From the IMG/VR virus record IMGVR_UViG_3300046779_000041, positions 1 to 29,128 of that record: 29,128 bases of DNA; one strand, written 5' to 3'. Below are positions 18,057-28,012 of this stretch, piece by piece. The DNA comes from a virus. Lineage: Duplodnaviria; Caudoviricetes. Both the position numbers and the translations under genes were made by a program. The notes beneath the pieces are model-generated. The model worked only from the letters and a program-made list of their open reading frames with translations, had not been told where the DNA came from and searched no databases. Numbering within the stretch: the stretch's first letter is position 1; each line of letters opens with the position of its first letter.

Positions 18057-19277
18057 CTAATTATCTTCAAAGTCCTTGTACTTATACCAGCCTTTATCGA
18101 AATCTACCTGGACCAAAAACTCGCCCATAAAACCATTACGGTTCTTACGGAAGACACACTCGATAATATCTGAGTTAGCACCACGACCAAGAGCCATTAC
18201 CCAGTCAGCATCGTATGCAATCTGACGTGACCATGCAGTCTGACCAAGAGTTGGAACAGTATCTAACTTAGTAACATCGTCTGGAGTAGCTGACGAGATA
18301 GCGATAATTGGAATCTCTTCAGAAATAGCCAAGAGCTTTAGCTCACGTGACAGGTTCTTCATACGAACAGTTTCGCTGTCTGCCTTCTGGTTTGGACTCA
18401 TAAGCTGCAGATAGTCGACAATGATAAAGTCTGGCTTATACTGATCGATCTTTCCTCTAATAACGCTTGGCGTTACTTCTCCACCAGAATCATTAGAGAT
18501 AATGTGGAACTCTGGCTTGCCCTGCAGTTCACGCTTGTGCCAAAGTCTCAAGTCATTTACGTCTACCTGACCACTAGAAAGCTTTCGGTGAGAGAACAGA
18601 CCTTCACCCATAATGGTAAATACACGGTTACGGACTTCTGTTTCACTCATTTCAAGAGAGATAACTAGTGGCGACTTTCCTTGCTTCCATGCCTGTACCG
18701 CAAAGTATAGCGATAGCCATGACTTACCAATACCTGGATAGGCTAGGAATACTCCAAGCTGTCCTGGCATAATACCTGCAGGAAGATAGTTGTCAAAGCC
18801 TGGCAGACCAGTCTTAATACCAACAGAGCCTAGAGCCTGCTGCTCTTGAAGTTGCTGGTAGTAGTGAACAGCATCCTCAATGTCTGTCACGTCAATGTCA
18901 CGAATAACAGATGTGTTCTTCTTCAGTTCTGATGTTTTTGTAATAAGGCTCTCTAGAACTTCTGTGCCTCTACCATTTTGAATGTCGCTAGCAGCAGACA
19001 TAAGAATGCCCTTAAGGCTATCATTTAGATACTCTGCCTGAAGTTCTTCTAGGTGATGCTTGGTTGCACCAATGCCGTCCACAGGAGCAAAGTCACGGAA
19101 CTTCTCTACTACAAGTGTGGCTGGTGGAACTGATCCATTCTGCTCAGAGTAGTTTCGAATAAAGTTCCAGATGTCCTTGTGTGTTCTAAGGATTGTCTCC
19201 ACGTTTGCCTGTAGCAAAACGTGAATCTGCTTATCCTGCAATACTGCTGATATTAGTTTGTCTTCTGCGCTACTCAC
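18057..19277 (-). CDS. DnaB-like replicative helicase
   Basis: IKTGLPGFD, Walker A AYPGIGKS, ISLEM, Walker B IIVDYLQLM, SRELKLLA, IAYDADWV and KNRNG motifs. Confidence 0.93.
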   Translation of the reverse strand: MSSAEDKLISAVLQDKQIHVLLQANVETILRTHKDIWNFIRNYSEQNGSVPPATLVVEKFRDFAPVDGIGATKHHLEELQAEYLNDSLKGILMSAASDIQNGRGTEVLESLITKTSELKKNTSVIRDIDVTDIEDAVHYYQQLQEQQALGSVGIKTGLPGFDNYLPAGIMPGQLGVFLAYPGIGKSWLSLYFAVQAWKQGKSPLVISLEMSETEVRNRVFTIMGEGLFSHRKLSSGQVDVNDLRLWHKRELQGKPEFHIISNDSGGEVTPSVIRGKIDQYKPDFIIVDYLQLMSPNQKADSETVRMKNLSRELKLLAISEEIPIIAISSATPDDVTKLDTVPTLGQTAWSRQIAYDADWVMALGRGANSDIIECVFRKNRNGFMGEFLVQVDFDKGWYKYKDFEDN

Positions 19278-19578
19278 TTAGCCACTCCTTAGCCATCTTT
19301 CTTCTTTGTGCACGGTCTGCATTGTCCTGCTCATGTCTTTGACGTGAGTCAATAATCTCTTGTGTAAAGTTAGAGAAGTATTTCCAGTCTGGATTTTGAG
19401 CTACTTCGAAATAATATTCTAGCAGCTCGTAGCAGGTTTGTAAACCATATGACTCTACAAGAGCATCGGCAGCCCACTGCTCTGCCCACTGATTATATAC
19501 AGGCTTTGCGTTGTATTTAAACTGATAGTGTTTGTTAAATCTACTCAGCAAAGCCATTCGGTCTTTGCGATCAGCCAT
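19270..19578 (-). CDS. Hypothetical protein (possible helicase loader, by position only)
   Basis: 102 aa, aromatic-rich and helical; overlaps the helicase start. Confidence 0.7.
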   Translation of the reverse strand: MADRKDRMALLSRFNKHYQFKYNAKPVYNQWAEQWAADALVESYGLQTCYELLEYYFEVAQNPDWKYFSNFTQEIIDSRQRHEQDNADRAQRRKMAKEWLSE

Positions 19579-19793
19579 TACTTACTTTCGATCTCAGCAG
19601 ATGCCTCACGGACCTTTTCCGCAAGACGGTCTTCAACAAACTTATAAACACGCTCAAAAGCGTCATTGGTGTTTTCGCCATCACGCTTGTTGTCTGTTAC
19701 AGACAGATCAATGCGTAGCGATTGAAAGTTGCCAAGGTTAAGCGTATAGCCTAGCCCAACAGTTACTTTAGTCTCTTCGTTATTCATACCCAT
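19578..19793 (-). CDS. Hypothetical protein (71 aa; start may be 19787)
   Basis: GAGG SD; TAATG overlap with the next gene; motif VTVGLGYTLNLGNFQSLRID. Confidence 0.8.
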   Translation of the reverse strand: MGMNNEETKVTVGLGYTLNLGNFQSLRIDLSVTDNKRDGENTNDAFERVYKFVEDRLAEKVREASAEIESK

Positions 19794-19807
19794 GTTCCTC
19801 TCAAGAA

Positions 19808-20344
19808 CTATATTGATTCAGACCAGATTGGAATAAACCTTCCATCTTCGGTCCTTGTATAAGTCAGTATACCATCGCCCATGCGCCTTGTCAACTCTTG
19901 TTTTGAAGGAGTTATGTCGTTGGTAATTAGCTTATCCTTTCTTGGTCTACCCATATGGTAGGAAGCTAGTATATCACGAATCTCACGAACTTGCGACTCT
20001 GAGTAATAACTTCTTACCTGCCAGCCTCGCTCTCCACCCTTTTGTGCTCCAGTTGGTGCTGGGATAATTCCAGCTTTAAACAAATATGGAAGATACTTTT
20101 TGTGCCTATTTACAAGCATGGCAGTCTGTCCTACAGTGTAGGCTCTTTCTCTGTTTTTCTTAAAGTCTGAGATTAGACAGCTTTCAATACGATCTTTTGT
20201 AATATTATAAACAGACATAATGCCATTAGACTTATTAAGATGGTGTGATCGTACTAGGTCTCCGTTTAGAAACCATACTTTTTTGTTTGCCTCGACAACT
20301 GGCAGAGAGTTATACGTCTCCATGTCGACCTTGCCATCACTCAA
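19808..20344 (-). CDS. MerR-like HTH DNA-binding protein
   Basis: AYTVGQTAMLVNRH...L......G.IP.P.........VRSYYSESQV matches the MerR/Xis winged-HTH pattern; AGGAG SD before a TTG start. Confidence 0.7.
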   Translation of the reverse strand: MSDGKVDMETYNSLPVVEANKKVWFLNGDLVRSHHLNKSNGIMSVYNITKDRIESCLISDFKKNRERAYTVGQTAMLVNRHKKYLPYLFKAGIIPAPTGAQKGGERGWQVRSYYSESQVREIRDILASYHMGRPRKDKLITNDITPSKQELTRRMGDGILTYTRTEDGRFIPIWSESI

Positions 20345-20355
20345 GTGAACGACTC

Positions 20356-20805
20356 CTAGTTCGGGACACCGATCATCATCAGGTAAATACCTACACGAAC
20401 GTCAGCACCAGTCTTGCTAATGCGAACGCTTCCAGAAATGCTAGAGTTGGTTACGCTCTGAAGGATGACGTTGATATCTCCAGATAGAGATGTCTGGTCT
20501 AGCACAATTGGAGTTGCCACTACGATTGGTGGATACTTGAATTCTGTGTTTGAAAATCTATATGTAAATGGCTGTGAGGTTGCGCTTGAGCCAATTGTAG
20601 CCTCAACATATCCACCAGCCATACGAACTTCATTAATTAGCAAGTTCTGTGTACCAGCAGTAATCGTATCTAGCGAAACGTACTTCTTTGTGGTCTGTCT
20701 GGAAATGTTGTTGTCTACCAAGCCGTTGACTGCGCTAACAATCCTAGATAGATATGTTAGGTCTACTGGCTGACCTGGAGCTGGATCTGGAATCTTATTA
20801 ATCAT
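20356..20805 (-). CDS. Putative tail-associated protein (beta-rich, lectin-like C-terminus)
   Basis: IPDPAPGQPVD N-terminus; F...EFKYPPIVVAT...VTNSS pattern seen in H-type-lectin-like tail domains; last gene of the tail block. Confidence 0.55.
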   Translation of the reverse strand: MINKIPDPAPGQPVDLTYLSRIVSAVNGLVDNNISRQTTKKYVSLDTITAGTQNLLINEVRMAGGYVEATIGSSATSQPFTYRFSNTEFKYPPIVVATPIVLDQTSLSGDINVILQSVTNSSISGSVRISKTGADVRVGIYLMMIGVPN

Positions 20806-20812
20806 AGTTAAT

Positions 20813-20821
20813 ATTATATCA
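20813..20821 (-). promoter_or_regulatory. Extended -10 TGATATAAT, 7 nt before ATG (leaderless start)
   Basis: TGA-TATAAT-ATTAACT-ATG; the TGA is the upstream gene's stop codon; no SD. Confidence 0.7.
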
Positions 20822-21274
20822 CGCTATGCCACTGTTAGGCACGTTTTGGATTCCAGTGTATAGCTCTAGGTTTGGAGATGGCTCGTCCTTGTAGTAGCTA
20901 GCTCTCTGGACAACAAACTCAAAGTTGCCAAATGTTGGTGGCTTTACGTAGTATTGATAGAATGTCTCAGATGTAGTTGCAACGTACTTGAATGGTTCAT
21001 CTGCATCAACAAGTCTAGCAAATATATCGTATGGACCGTTTACGCCATCTGCCCAGTCTATTACAATTATCCTGAGAGACTGCACGTATCTTGTGCTGCC
21101 TGTGACTCCACCCTCTGGAATCGTTTGTGCTGGTATATTGTATATTGGTGACCAGTGAGAGAACCTGTTTTGGTCCTGAGAAATGATTCTAAATCTAGTT
21201 ATGTATGTATTATCTGGACTAACAAGTGGTAGGTCTGCTGCTCTAATTACCGCTTTTTTAACAACGCTTGCCAT
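20819..21274 (-). CDS. Putative virion/tail protein (151 aa)
   Basis: Y..RFRIIS.D.NRFSHWSP and an FN3-like beta pattern; within the tail block. Confidence 0.6.
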   Translation of the reverse strand: MASVVKKAVIRAADLPLVSPDNTYITRFRIISQDQNRFSHWSPIYNIPAQTIPEGGVTGSTRYVQSLRIIVIDWADGVNGPYDIFARLVDADEPFKYVATTSETFYQYYVKPPTFGNFEFVVQRASYYKDEPSPNLELYTGIQNVPNSGIA

Positions 21275-22404
21275 TATTGCACATCCAAGTCAAACCTAAA
21301 CTCAATAAAGCTTGTTGTGTTTGCTTCTTTAACAAACGGCAAGGCATCGTCAGTACGAATTACACTGTAGCCAGTCATTCCGTATAGCGGAGTTGTAGAG
21401 TTAGTGTTTTCTAGTCTCATTGCATCTAGCAAAATATAGAAGTTTCCAGATGGCTGGTTATTCTTAATTGCGGTAGCAAATATCTTAACCTTATCTACCT
21501 GGCTCCAAGTAAAGCCAGCAGACTTTGCAAGACTTGTAATTGTAGAGCTTCTTACAAAGTACCTATTGGCATCAAAGTCTACTCCATTTTGACCGTCAGT
21601 AAGTACTACTGGCATTACTGCAGTCTGCGATCCATCCTGAGAAGAAAACACAACTGTCAGGTGTACTGCGTCTGGGGATACAAGGTCCTGTGGGTCATCA
21701 ACACCAGTCTTATTAATGACAGAAAATGCCAGCCTAATCTGATCCCCTGGAGAGTTTTTGCTTAGGTCTAGGGCTACGTCGTTTAGCTCAATTGCGTCGC
21801 CTCTCCAAGCATACGTTCCAGAGTTTGCAGTTGTAGAGGTGTCTCCACGTAGAGCAAGTGCTGTGTTTAGATACCTTGCAGTTTCGTATCTCTCTGTTCT
21901 ATCAGCATTTGTAAAGATTCTGTTGTTAGAGTTAGTATAGAATACCTTGTCAGTTACAGAAATAATGTTGGTTGGGTCTGCACCATCTAGTGGCTCGAAC
22001 CTTTCTGGGATAGACTTCGGTGTGCTTCCCTCGTTAAATACCCAGCTTTCTCTGGTTGTAGAGAAAGAGAAAAGGTTCTTGCTATCATAGGCTCCAGCTG
22101 CTGGGTTAGAAGCTGCAGAGAATATGCCAACCTCTGTAATTTCATATCGCTCTGCTGTTGGCAGCTCGCCTGTAAACACAAGGCTGGTAACGCCATCTTC
22201 AGAAACGTAGCCTCTGGAAGTGATTGGAACTCTAAACATTTCAAAGTCTAGATTGTTTTTGCTTGAGTATTGGTTAATCTGTCCGCTATCTGGGTTTTGA
22301 GAAAGCGGTGTTGGTCCACAGCCTACAGCAATATATGAGGCATACGAAGGTGCCTGACCAAGCAAGAACTTGCTAATAATTCTTTTTCCAGTTTCAGTAA
22401 TCAT
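21274..22404 (-). CDS. Minor tail protein (376 aa)
   Basis: MITETGKRII...YIAVGCG...EITEVGIF N-terminal pattern typical of tail fibre/baseplate attachment domains; GGAGG SD. Confidence 0.7.
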   Translation of the reverse strand: MITETGKRIISKFLLGQAPSYASYIAVGCGPTPLSQNPDSGQINQYSSKNNLDFEMFRVPITSRGYVSEDGVTSLVFTGELPTAERYEITEVGIFSAASNPAAGAYDSKNLFSFSTTRESWVFNEGSTPKSIPERFEPLDGADPTNIISVTDKVFYTNSNNRIFTNADRTERYETARYLNTALALRGDTSTTANSGTYAWRGDAIELNDVALDLSKNSPGDQIRLAFSVINKTGVDDPQDLVSPDAVHLTVVFSSQDGSQTAVMPVVLTDGQNGVDFDANRYFVRSSTITSLAKSAGFTWSQVDKVKIFATAIKNNQPSGNFYILLDAMRLENTNSTTPLYGMTGYSVIRTDDALPFVKEANTTSFIEFRFDLDVQ

Positions 22405-22406
22405 GG

Positions 22407-22886
22407 TTATCCTCCATATATTGTATCATTGATAGCCTCTCCAGACTTGAGAATTTCTATCTCAATTAGTTCATCGTCTGCTAGGTCTATTGCCTCCACG
22501 GTCAGATCGCCAGCTGCTGATAGGTATACTGGGTTGGAGTCTGAGCTTATTCTATCCTCTAGCTTAATAGAGAATGACTTGAATCTTACGTTTTCTGTAT
22601 CAAACATTGGCAATATGTTCTTAGAGCCATACCTGTCTTCGATATGCTCTAGATTCTTAATAGGCTGGTAGATAATCTTTTGACCGTTTACCGCATCATT
22701 TCTAGCAATATTAATAATGTCAATGCTCTCCATTGAGTCAAAGAATATTTGAGTTCTTACGTCAAAGCCACTGTCATTTACGTTTGGTTCTTCTTGGTAA
22801 TACTGTTCTGGAGTCGCAGACTTTATACCTGGAATAGCGTCTGAAAGCTTGACAACCTTTGGCGTATTTGGAATTGGACTAACCAT
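22407..22886 (-). CDS. Putative minor tail protein (159 aa)
   Basis: Same-strand ORF with a TAATG overlap in the tail block; acidic. Confidence 0.65.
   Translation of the reverse strand: MVSPIPNTPKVVKLSDAIPGIKSATPEQYYQEEPNVNDSGFDVRTQIFFDSMESIDIINIARNDAVNGQKIIYQPIKNLEHIEDRYGSKNILPMFDTENVRFKSFSIKLEDRISSDSNPVYLSAAGDLTVEAIDLADDELIEIEILKSGEAINDTIYGG
22420..22428 (-). promoter_or_regulatory. Possible extended -10 TGATACAAT in the last codons of the 159-aa gene
   Basis: TGATACAAT-ATAT-GGAGG-ATAACC-ATG; same TGATACAAT as the terL-embedded promoter; no -35. Confidence 0.4.
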
Positions 22887-25800
22887 TACACTACCTCACT
22901 TAAATATACTGTCATATCTGGACCGCTTGAGTCTGCACGATACTCAATATTGTACACCACAAACCTGCTGTTTTGATCTACATGTCTAATGCCGTCTGGT
23001 GTTTCATACTCTACCTTGACAATGTCTCCAAGCTGAAGAGTTGGCAAAGCGAATATCTTTGCACCAATTGAAAGTCTTGGCTTAGAGATCTTTGAGGATA
23101 GCCAGCCCATCATTCGGCTTGCCTGGTCCTGACTTTGGATATAGTTTGACGAAATCGAAAACTCATTTCTACCATACGTAATCCTATTAAACATAATATC
23201 TTCATAAAGTTTATTTGTCTTTAGTGGTGAAGATATCAATGTGTTGTTTGCAAATCTTGGGTTTGAAAGATCTCCTGCTTTGCTAAAGTATTCATCCATT
23301 GTTAGCTCTAGAGCTGAGTCTTGTGTTGTAGCAATACCAACAATGTTTAGACCACTACCGCTGCCTGAGTCAAGAACTACTGTAGTGTCAGTAGCATTGA
23401 AGACCAGGAACTCTGCACCATAAGGAGTCTTTGTCAAACCAGAAACCACGTAGCTCTTCAGTTCATCTATTCGTGGGGACATGTTGGCTACAAGAGCAGG
23501 ATATGCCTTGTCGTACTTAATGTTAAAGTATGCAGCCTCTCTCATAATAGTTCCAAACTCTTCGTAGTATAGATTATACGCTGGCTGAGTTCCAGAAGAA
23601 ATGCCAGAAAGATAGGTAGACTGAATCATACCGCTGATTGCGTACTTTCTAAGTGATTCATCAGATGTAATTGTAGTGTCACCAAAAGCACTGTTTACAG
23701 GCGTGTCAAGGACGTATGCGGAGTTTTGGCTATAGCGGTATCCCAAAGCATACACGTTTTCAAACATAACTCTAGACGATCCTCTAACAAACAATGACAT
23801 GTTGTTAAAGATTGGAAGCTTGTCTTTATCGTCTACAACTGCCTGGAGAGTGTTATTGATGTATAGGTAGAATCTTCTAAAGCCAGAAAAGTCTTCATAC
23901 TCTACCGCAAGATCATAGACAGTTGTGTTCTCTTCGCCAACAACTCTAGACTGACCCACAAAGTTTCCATCGTCACCTAGAATACCAACGGTCTTTCCCC
24001 AAAGTCTGACAGGGACTGCCTTGTCTGTAGATGATGTTGAGCTTGCATTCTTAACTGTCTTATAGAACACTACGTCAAACTCTGTGTTCTCAAACGATGC
24101 GCTAGGCTTGCCAGAAGATGTTGAAGACAATGCCATGATTTCAAAGAAGTATCCGTTGTTTGTTGCTGGGTCTACCATGACACCCAAGCCACCAGAGCCA
24201 CCAACAATGTTTTCACCGTAGTAAATATTTCCACCTACTGGCATCTGACCTACGTACTCGTTGTTCTCGTACTTAGTCACAATTCTCATTCTTGTACCAA
24301 AGTGTACGAACTTAGAGTTAAGCTTTTTGTTAATGTAGGTAATGTGGTCTACTGGCTTTTCAGTTACCTCAAACGATGGTCCATTCATAACCAATGCACT
24401 TGCCTGAACTGATCCAGCAATTGGCTTAGTGTAGTTATTGACTACTGACTCCTTGGTGTCAGACTTAGCTATGTAGTTTTTAATAATACCGTTTCTAGTT
24501 GTCTGACGTGCCTTAGTGGTTTCAATACCTGCTGCACCTGTAGTGACTGATACGTTTGCAACATCAGCTTCCTTTAGTGCAAATATTAGAGATGATTCCA
24601 TTTTGCAACCAAACACATTGGCGTTATCTGACCAGTAGGATGACAGTCCTGCTGGATGGGAAACGACAGGTGTTCCGAATTGTCCTCTACCATGCTTTGC
24701 AATACCAACTACCTTCTCAGTGCCATCTGACTGAATTTGATAGTTAGGCTCTGTGTAAATTCTTACAAGTCCTGTGGCATACATCTTAGCGTTAAGTGGA
24801 AGCTTTGACAAATAGTTTACATATTCTTGTGTGTCAGTGATCCATACGTTATTTCCAGCTGTTACTGAAAGATCTTCTCCATACTGGCTTAGCTTTGGAA
24901 CAGAATATTCTACAGCATCGTATCTTATAATTTCTCCATTTGCATAGAGGTATCCAGAATACTGTGGCAAACCAGCAGCATCAATACCCTCACCAAGGTC
25001 TATGACATTGTTAATAATTACTCCATTAACAACAGATGGGATATTAGCAGAAAGATCTGAATTAAGTGGAACGGCAATAAGCTTGTAGTTGTCATCTGTC
25101 TGACCAAGCTTTCTTACGCTTTCTGCCCCAGGTATTTGCCACAAGTTAGATACTCTGTATACAAGGCTCTTAGATCTTTCCTGAATATTTTCTGACTCAA
25201 AGATGCTGCCAATTTGTCTGTCAATAGACCTGGCTGTGTACTGGATTGCACCGTCGTTGTAGATATCCGACTCTTGTCTTTCTAGCTCAACGATGTTTGC
25301 TAGCTTTTCGCTAGTCCTAGCATTCTTAACAATTCCAGATTGTGCAAAGTCTGTGTTGCCACGAAGCACGATGTCTGTTTGTCTCTGGCTTTCTGTTGGC
25401 ATAATGTAGCCCTTGCTCATAACCACAAGATTGTTATACTCGTCAAAGAACATCGCTGACTGGGTCGCTACGGCAATTTCATTTAAGATTTCTGCAATTG
25501 ATATATCAGTTCCAGTAAAGAAGAACGGAATAACGTCTTCTGGCTCTCCACTATTTCTCTTAAATGTATAATTAGAAAAACCAATAGAGTCTAGCAGTAG
25601 CGACACGGCATAGCTCATTGACGCATTCTGAATAAAAATTTCTGGTGCAGAGTTGCTTTCAAGATAGTGGAACATGTCTCTAAGACTTATAGAGATTGAT
25701 CTGTCCATCACGTTTCTAGTGGGGAAGCCTTCTGCGTACAATGTTTTAATTGGAATATAGAAGTTTAGGAAGCATGGCTGTCCAGAAGAATTTTCTACCT

Positions 25801-27280
25801 GCTCAACTTCTCTAATCTTTTCATAGACCTTAACTTGTAGGTTCCTTGTGCTAAAGTTTGCGATAATGCTATCTTGGTTAAGCTCATTAAATGCTTGCTC
25901 AAAATCAAATAGGTTAATTGTTCCAGTGGAGGCGATTAGCTGTCCAACTGGCATACCGCTTACTCCAAGGTCAGACGCAGCCTTTGTTATTGTTATGTCG
26001 TTAGTCATTCCAGTAATGTCTGCAGTTAGTCTTGGCGACAGCTCAATAAGGTCAAATGTAGAGCGATACTTGTTCATTGTGTCTACAACAATTCTTAGTC
26101 CATATAGGTACTGGAACTCAGAGTATTGTGAAATGCTTGTTGAAAAGTTTGAGCCAACTCTTACTGGGTCTACCAGCTTTGTGACAAGACCATGAACGTC
26201 GCTTAGGCTATCCTCTAGAAGTTGCCAACCGTACTTTGGGAAAATCTCCACGTATGAGTCACCATCCCACAGGAAGTACTGCTCTACTGTACCGTTGTAA
26301 ACCTTGTATGTATACCCTCTTAGTGATGTTACTGGAAGTTCTGACTCTAGTCTGTACTCACCAGCATAAACAAATATATTACGATACTTTTCTGGAACGA
26401 TTAGTCCATAGCCAATTTCCACATACCCATCTTCTTTGATTACTGGGGTGCCATCTGCTCTGGTTGATGCTTCGTTAAACGACATTAGGTCTACCCAGGA
26501 GTTTGTCTTGTCTAGACCCTGTATCTTCCACCTAACTGGGATCTGCATATTATCTCTTCCCGAAAATGGGTCAGAAATAATGTTTCCAGATGGCATTGAT
26601 ACAATACCAATGTCTGAAGTTCCAACATGTGTCTGCATCTTTACGACAACTCTGTTTGCAGGCACTGGAGTTTTGTATACTACAAATGGTGCTGCATCCT
26701 GAATGTAGTGCTTACCATTAATAGTTTTATTTGCGATACCCCTCTCTGCCGAGGTGTCTGTTGTATTTGCAGTATCTTTTTCTACTTCAACATTTCTACC
26801 AGTTGTGCGGTATGATGTCCAGTACTTAAATGTATCGTTTTTGTGAGCTGCGTAGTATCTTGGTCTAGTTGACATATTGGCATCTGTGTTTGGAACAAAT
26901 GCGGTATCAAAGTATCTAAGCTTGTTGATTCCAGAGCGAGGTCTAAATCTTGCAAAGCAATCCTCTAGCGAGTACAGCAATTTTTCGTTTAGCTTTGGCT
27001 CTGTAAAGATTGCAGGAGTTTCTCCATCGTCTTCAAAACCATTTTCAATGCTAATGTCTGCGTCAGTTGCGTTTGTATAAAACTTTCCGACATCTGCAGG
27101 GTCAAAACCGCTAGGAACAAATCTAAATTTTGAAGCAGGGTTTTCTGGTCTATTTCTGTAGTTTCCAACTAGCTGAATGTTGTTGGAAAAGTTCATATTC
27201 CATTCTGCCACAACAAAGCTGTTACCCTTGATAGTAGCAGAAGTTTCTAGATGGTTTTTTAGCTGATCATCTACAAACAT
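22886..27280 (-). CDS. Large minor tail / tail-tip hub protein (1464 aa)
   Basis: Second gene after the tape measure gene; IAVATQSAMFFDEYNNLVV and C-terminal PTLQLGDIVKV...FVVYNIEY patterns typical of Tal/hub proteins. Confidence 0.75.
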   Translation of the reverse strand: MFVDDQLKNHLETSATIKGNSFVVAEWNMNFSNNIQLVGNYRNRPENPASKFRFVPSGFDPADVGKFYTNATDADISIENGFEDDGETPAIFTEPKLNEKLLYSLEDCFARFRPRSGINKLRYFDTAFVPNTDANMSTRPRYYAAHKNDTFKYWTSYRTTGRNVEVEKDTANTTDTSAERGIANKTINGKHYIQDAAPFVVYKTPVPANRVVVKMQTHVGTSDIGIVSMPSGNIISDPFSGRDNMQIPVRWKIQGLDKTNSWVDLMSFNEASTRADGTPVIKEDGYVEIGYGLIVPEKYRNIFVYAGEYRLESELPVTSLRGYTYKVYNGTVEQYFLWDGDSYVEIFPKYGWQLLEDSLSDVHGLVTKLVDPVRVGSNFSTSISQYSEFQYLYGLRIVVDTMNKYRSTFDLIELSPRLTADITGMTNDITITKAASDLGVSGMPVGQLIASTGTINLFDFEQAFNELNQDSIIANFSTRNLQVKVYEKIREVEQVENSSGQPCFLNFYIPIKTLYAEGFPTRNVMDRSISISLRDMFHYLESNSAPEIFIQNASMSYAVSLLLDSIGFSNYTFKRNSGEPEDVIPFFFTGTDISIAEILNEIAVATQSAMFFDEYNNLVVMSKGYIMPTESQRQTDIVLRGNTDFAQSGIVKNARTSEKLANIVELERQESDIYNDGAIQYTARSIDRQIGSIFESENIQERSKSLVYRVSNLWQIPGAESVRKLGQTDDNYKLIAVPLNSDLSANIPSVVNGVIINNVIDLGEGIDAAGLPQYSGYLYANGEIIRYDAVEYSVPKLSQYGEDLSVTAGNNVWITDTQEYVNYLSKLPLNAKMYATGLVRIYTEPNYQIQSDGTEKVVGIAKHGRGQFGTPVVSHPAGLSSYWSDNANVFGCKMESSLIFALKEADVANVSVTTGAAGIETTKARQTTRNGIIKNYIAKSDTKESVVNNYTKPIAGSVQASALVMNGPSFEVTEKPVDHITYINKKLNSKFVHFGTRMRIVTKYENNEYVGQMPVGGNIYYGENIVGGSGGLGVMVDPATNNGYFFEIMALSSTSSGKPSASFENTEFDVVFYKTVKNASSTSSTDKAVPVRLWGKTVGILGDDGNFVGQSRVVGEENTTVYDLAVEYEDFSGFRRFYLYINNTLQAVVDDKDKLPIFNNMSLFVRGSSRVMFENVYALGYRYSQNSAYVLDTPVNSAFGDTTITSDESLRKYAISGMIQSTYLSGISSGTQPAYNLYYEEFGTIMREAAYFNIKYDKAYPALVANMSPRIDELKSYVVSGLTKTPYGAEFLVFNATDTTVVLDSGSGSGLNIVGIATTQDSALELTMDEYFSKAGDLSNPRFANNTLISSPLKTNKLYEDIMFNRITYGRNEFSISSNYIQSQDQASRMMGWLSSKISKPRLSIGAKIFALPTLQLGDIVKVEYETPDGIRHVDQNSRFVVYNIEYRADSSGPDMTVYLSEVV

Positions 27281-28012
27281 TTAAACCTCTTCCAGTGACA
27301 TTGTTATGTTCCAAAAATCATAACCGCTAGCCACACTACCCCTACGCTCTACGCTATAGTCAAATCTTGAAAAGTATACTTCGATTACTTCATTATATTT
27401 ATCAAGGTTAGCATACGGATCGTCAGAAGTAAAGTTACGATAGTTATCGTAAGCTAGGTAGACGTAGAATGGTCCTTGATGATTCTTATACCAGTCAAAA
27501 ATATCTGCTCCGCCAGCACCACCATCTGTAGTGAATTGCTGATCTTTGTAAAACAATGATCCAGAAGATACTACATTTTTGTTTGGTGTAGAAACATTGT
27601 TATCATGGTTAACCGAAGTTACTAATCCTGTAGCTTCTCCAGAATCATCGAACTCTGGGTTTACACGAAAAGCTCTAGATGGAAGCATATTCCAGGATAC
27701 ATCAATGTTTACCTTATCTGCAATGTGGTATGACCTCATTCTACCATTAATCATACGCTCACGCTTTTCAAGTCTGTTTGTAGAAAAGTTGATAGAAGAC
27801 CTATTGTCGTCAGATAGTATGATAAATGATGGGTCTTCACCCTGTGCATTATTGTACTCATATCCTAGAGGTATGTGAAAGTTTGAAGTCTTTTCTACAC
27901 CATCTACCTGGTAAGTGTAAGAAACAACAGTGCCTGGATTGTCTGCAAATAGCACAGCTTGTGGTCTGCTGTACTTTTTACGATTCTGCATATACTCTTG
28001 AGTATTTGACAC
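27281..28012 (-). CDS. Minor tail protein (distal-tail position)
   Basis: Directly follows the tape measure gene (TAGTG overlap); RMINGRMRSYHIADK, VSWNMLPSR and DFWNITMSLEEV. Confidence 0.7.
   Translation of the reverse strand: MSNTQEYMQNRKKYSRPQAVLFADNPGTVVSYTYQVDGVEKTSNFHIPLGYEYNNAQGEDPSFIILSDDNRSSINFSTNRLEKRERMINGRMRSYHIADKVNIDVSWNMLPSRAFRVNPEFDDSGEATGLVTSVNHDNNVSTPNKNVVSSGSLFYKDQQFTTDGGAGGADIFDWYKNHQGPFYVYLAYDNYRNFTSDDPYANLDKYNEVIEVYFSRFDYSVERRGSVASGYDFWNITMSLEEV

Noticed and set aside
18769-18796. TTGACA-N16-TATTAT in the middle of the helicase gene
   Set aside because: Short spacing, no TG extension, about 730 nt from the next start, and explained by the conserved GFD..L..GI codons.
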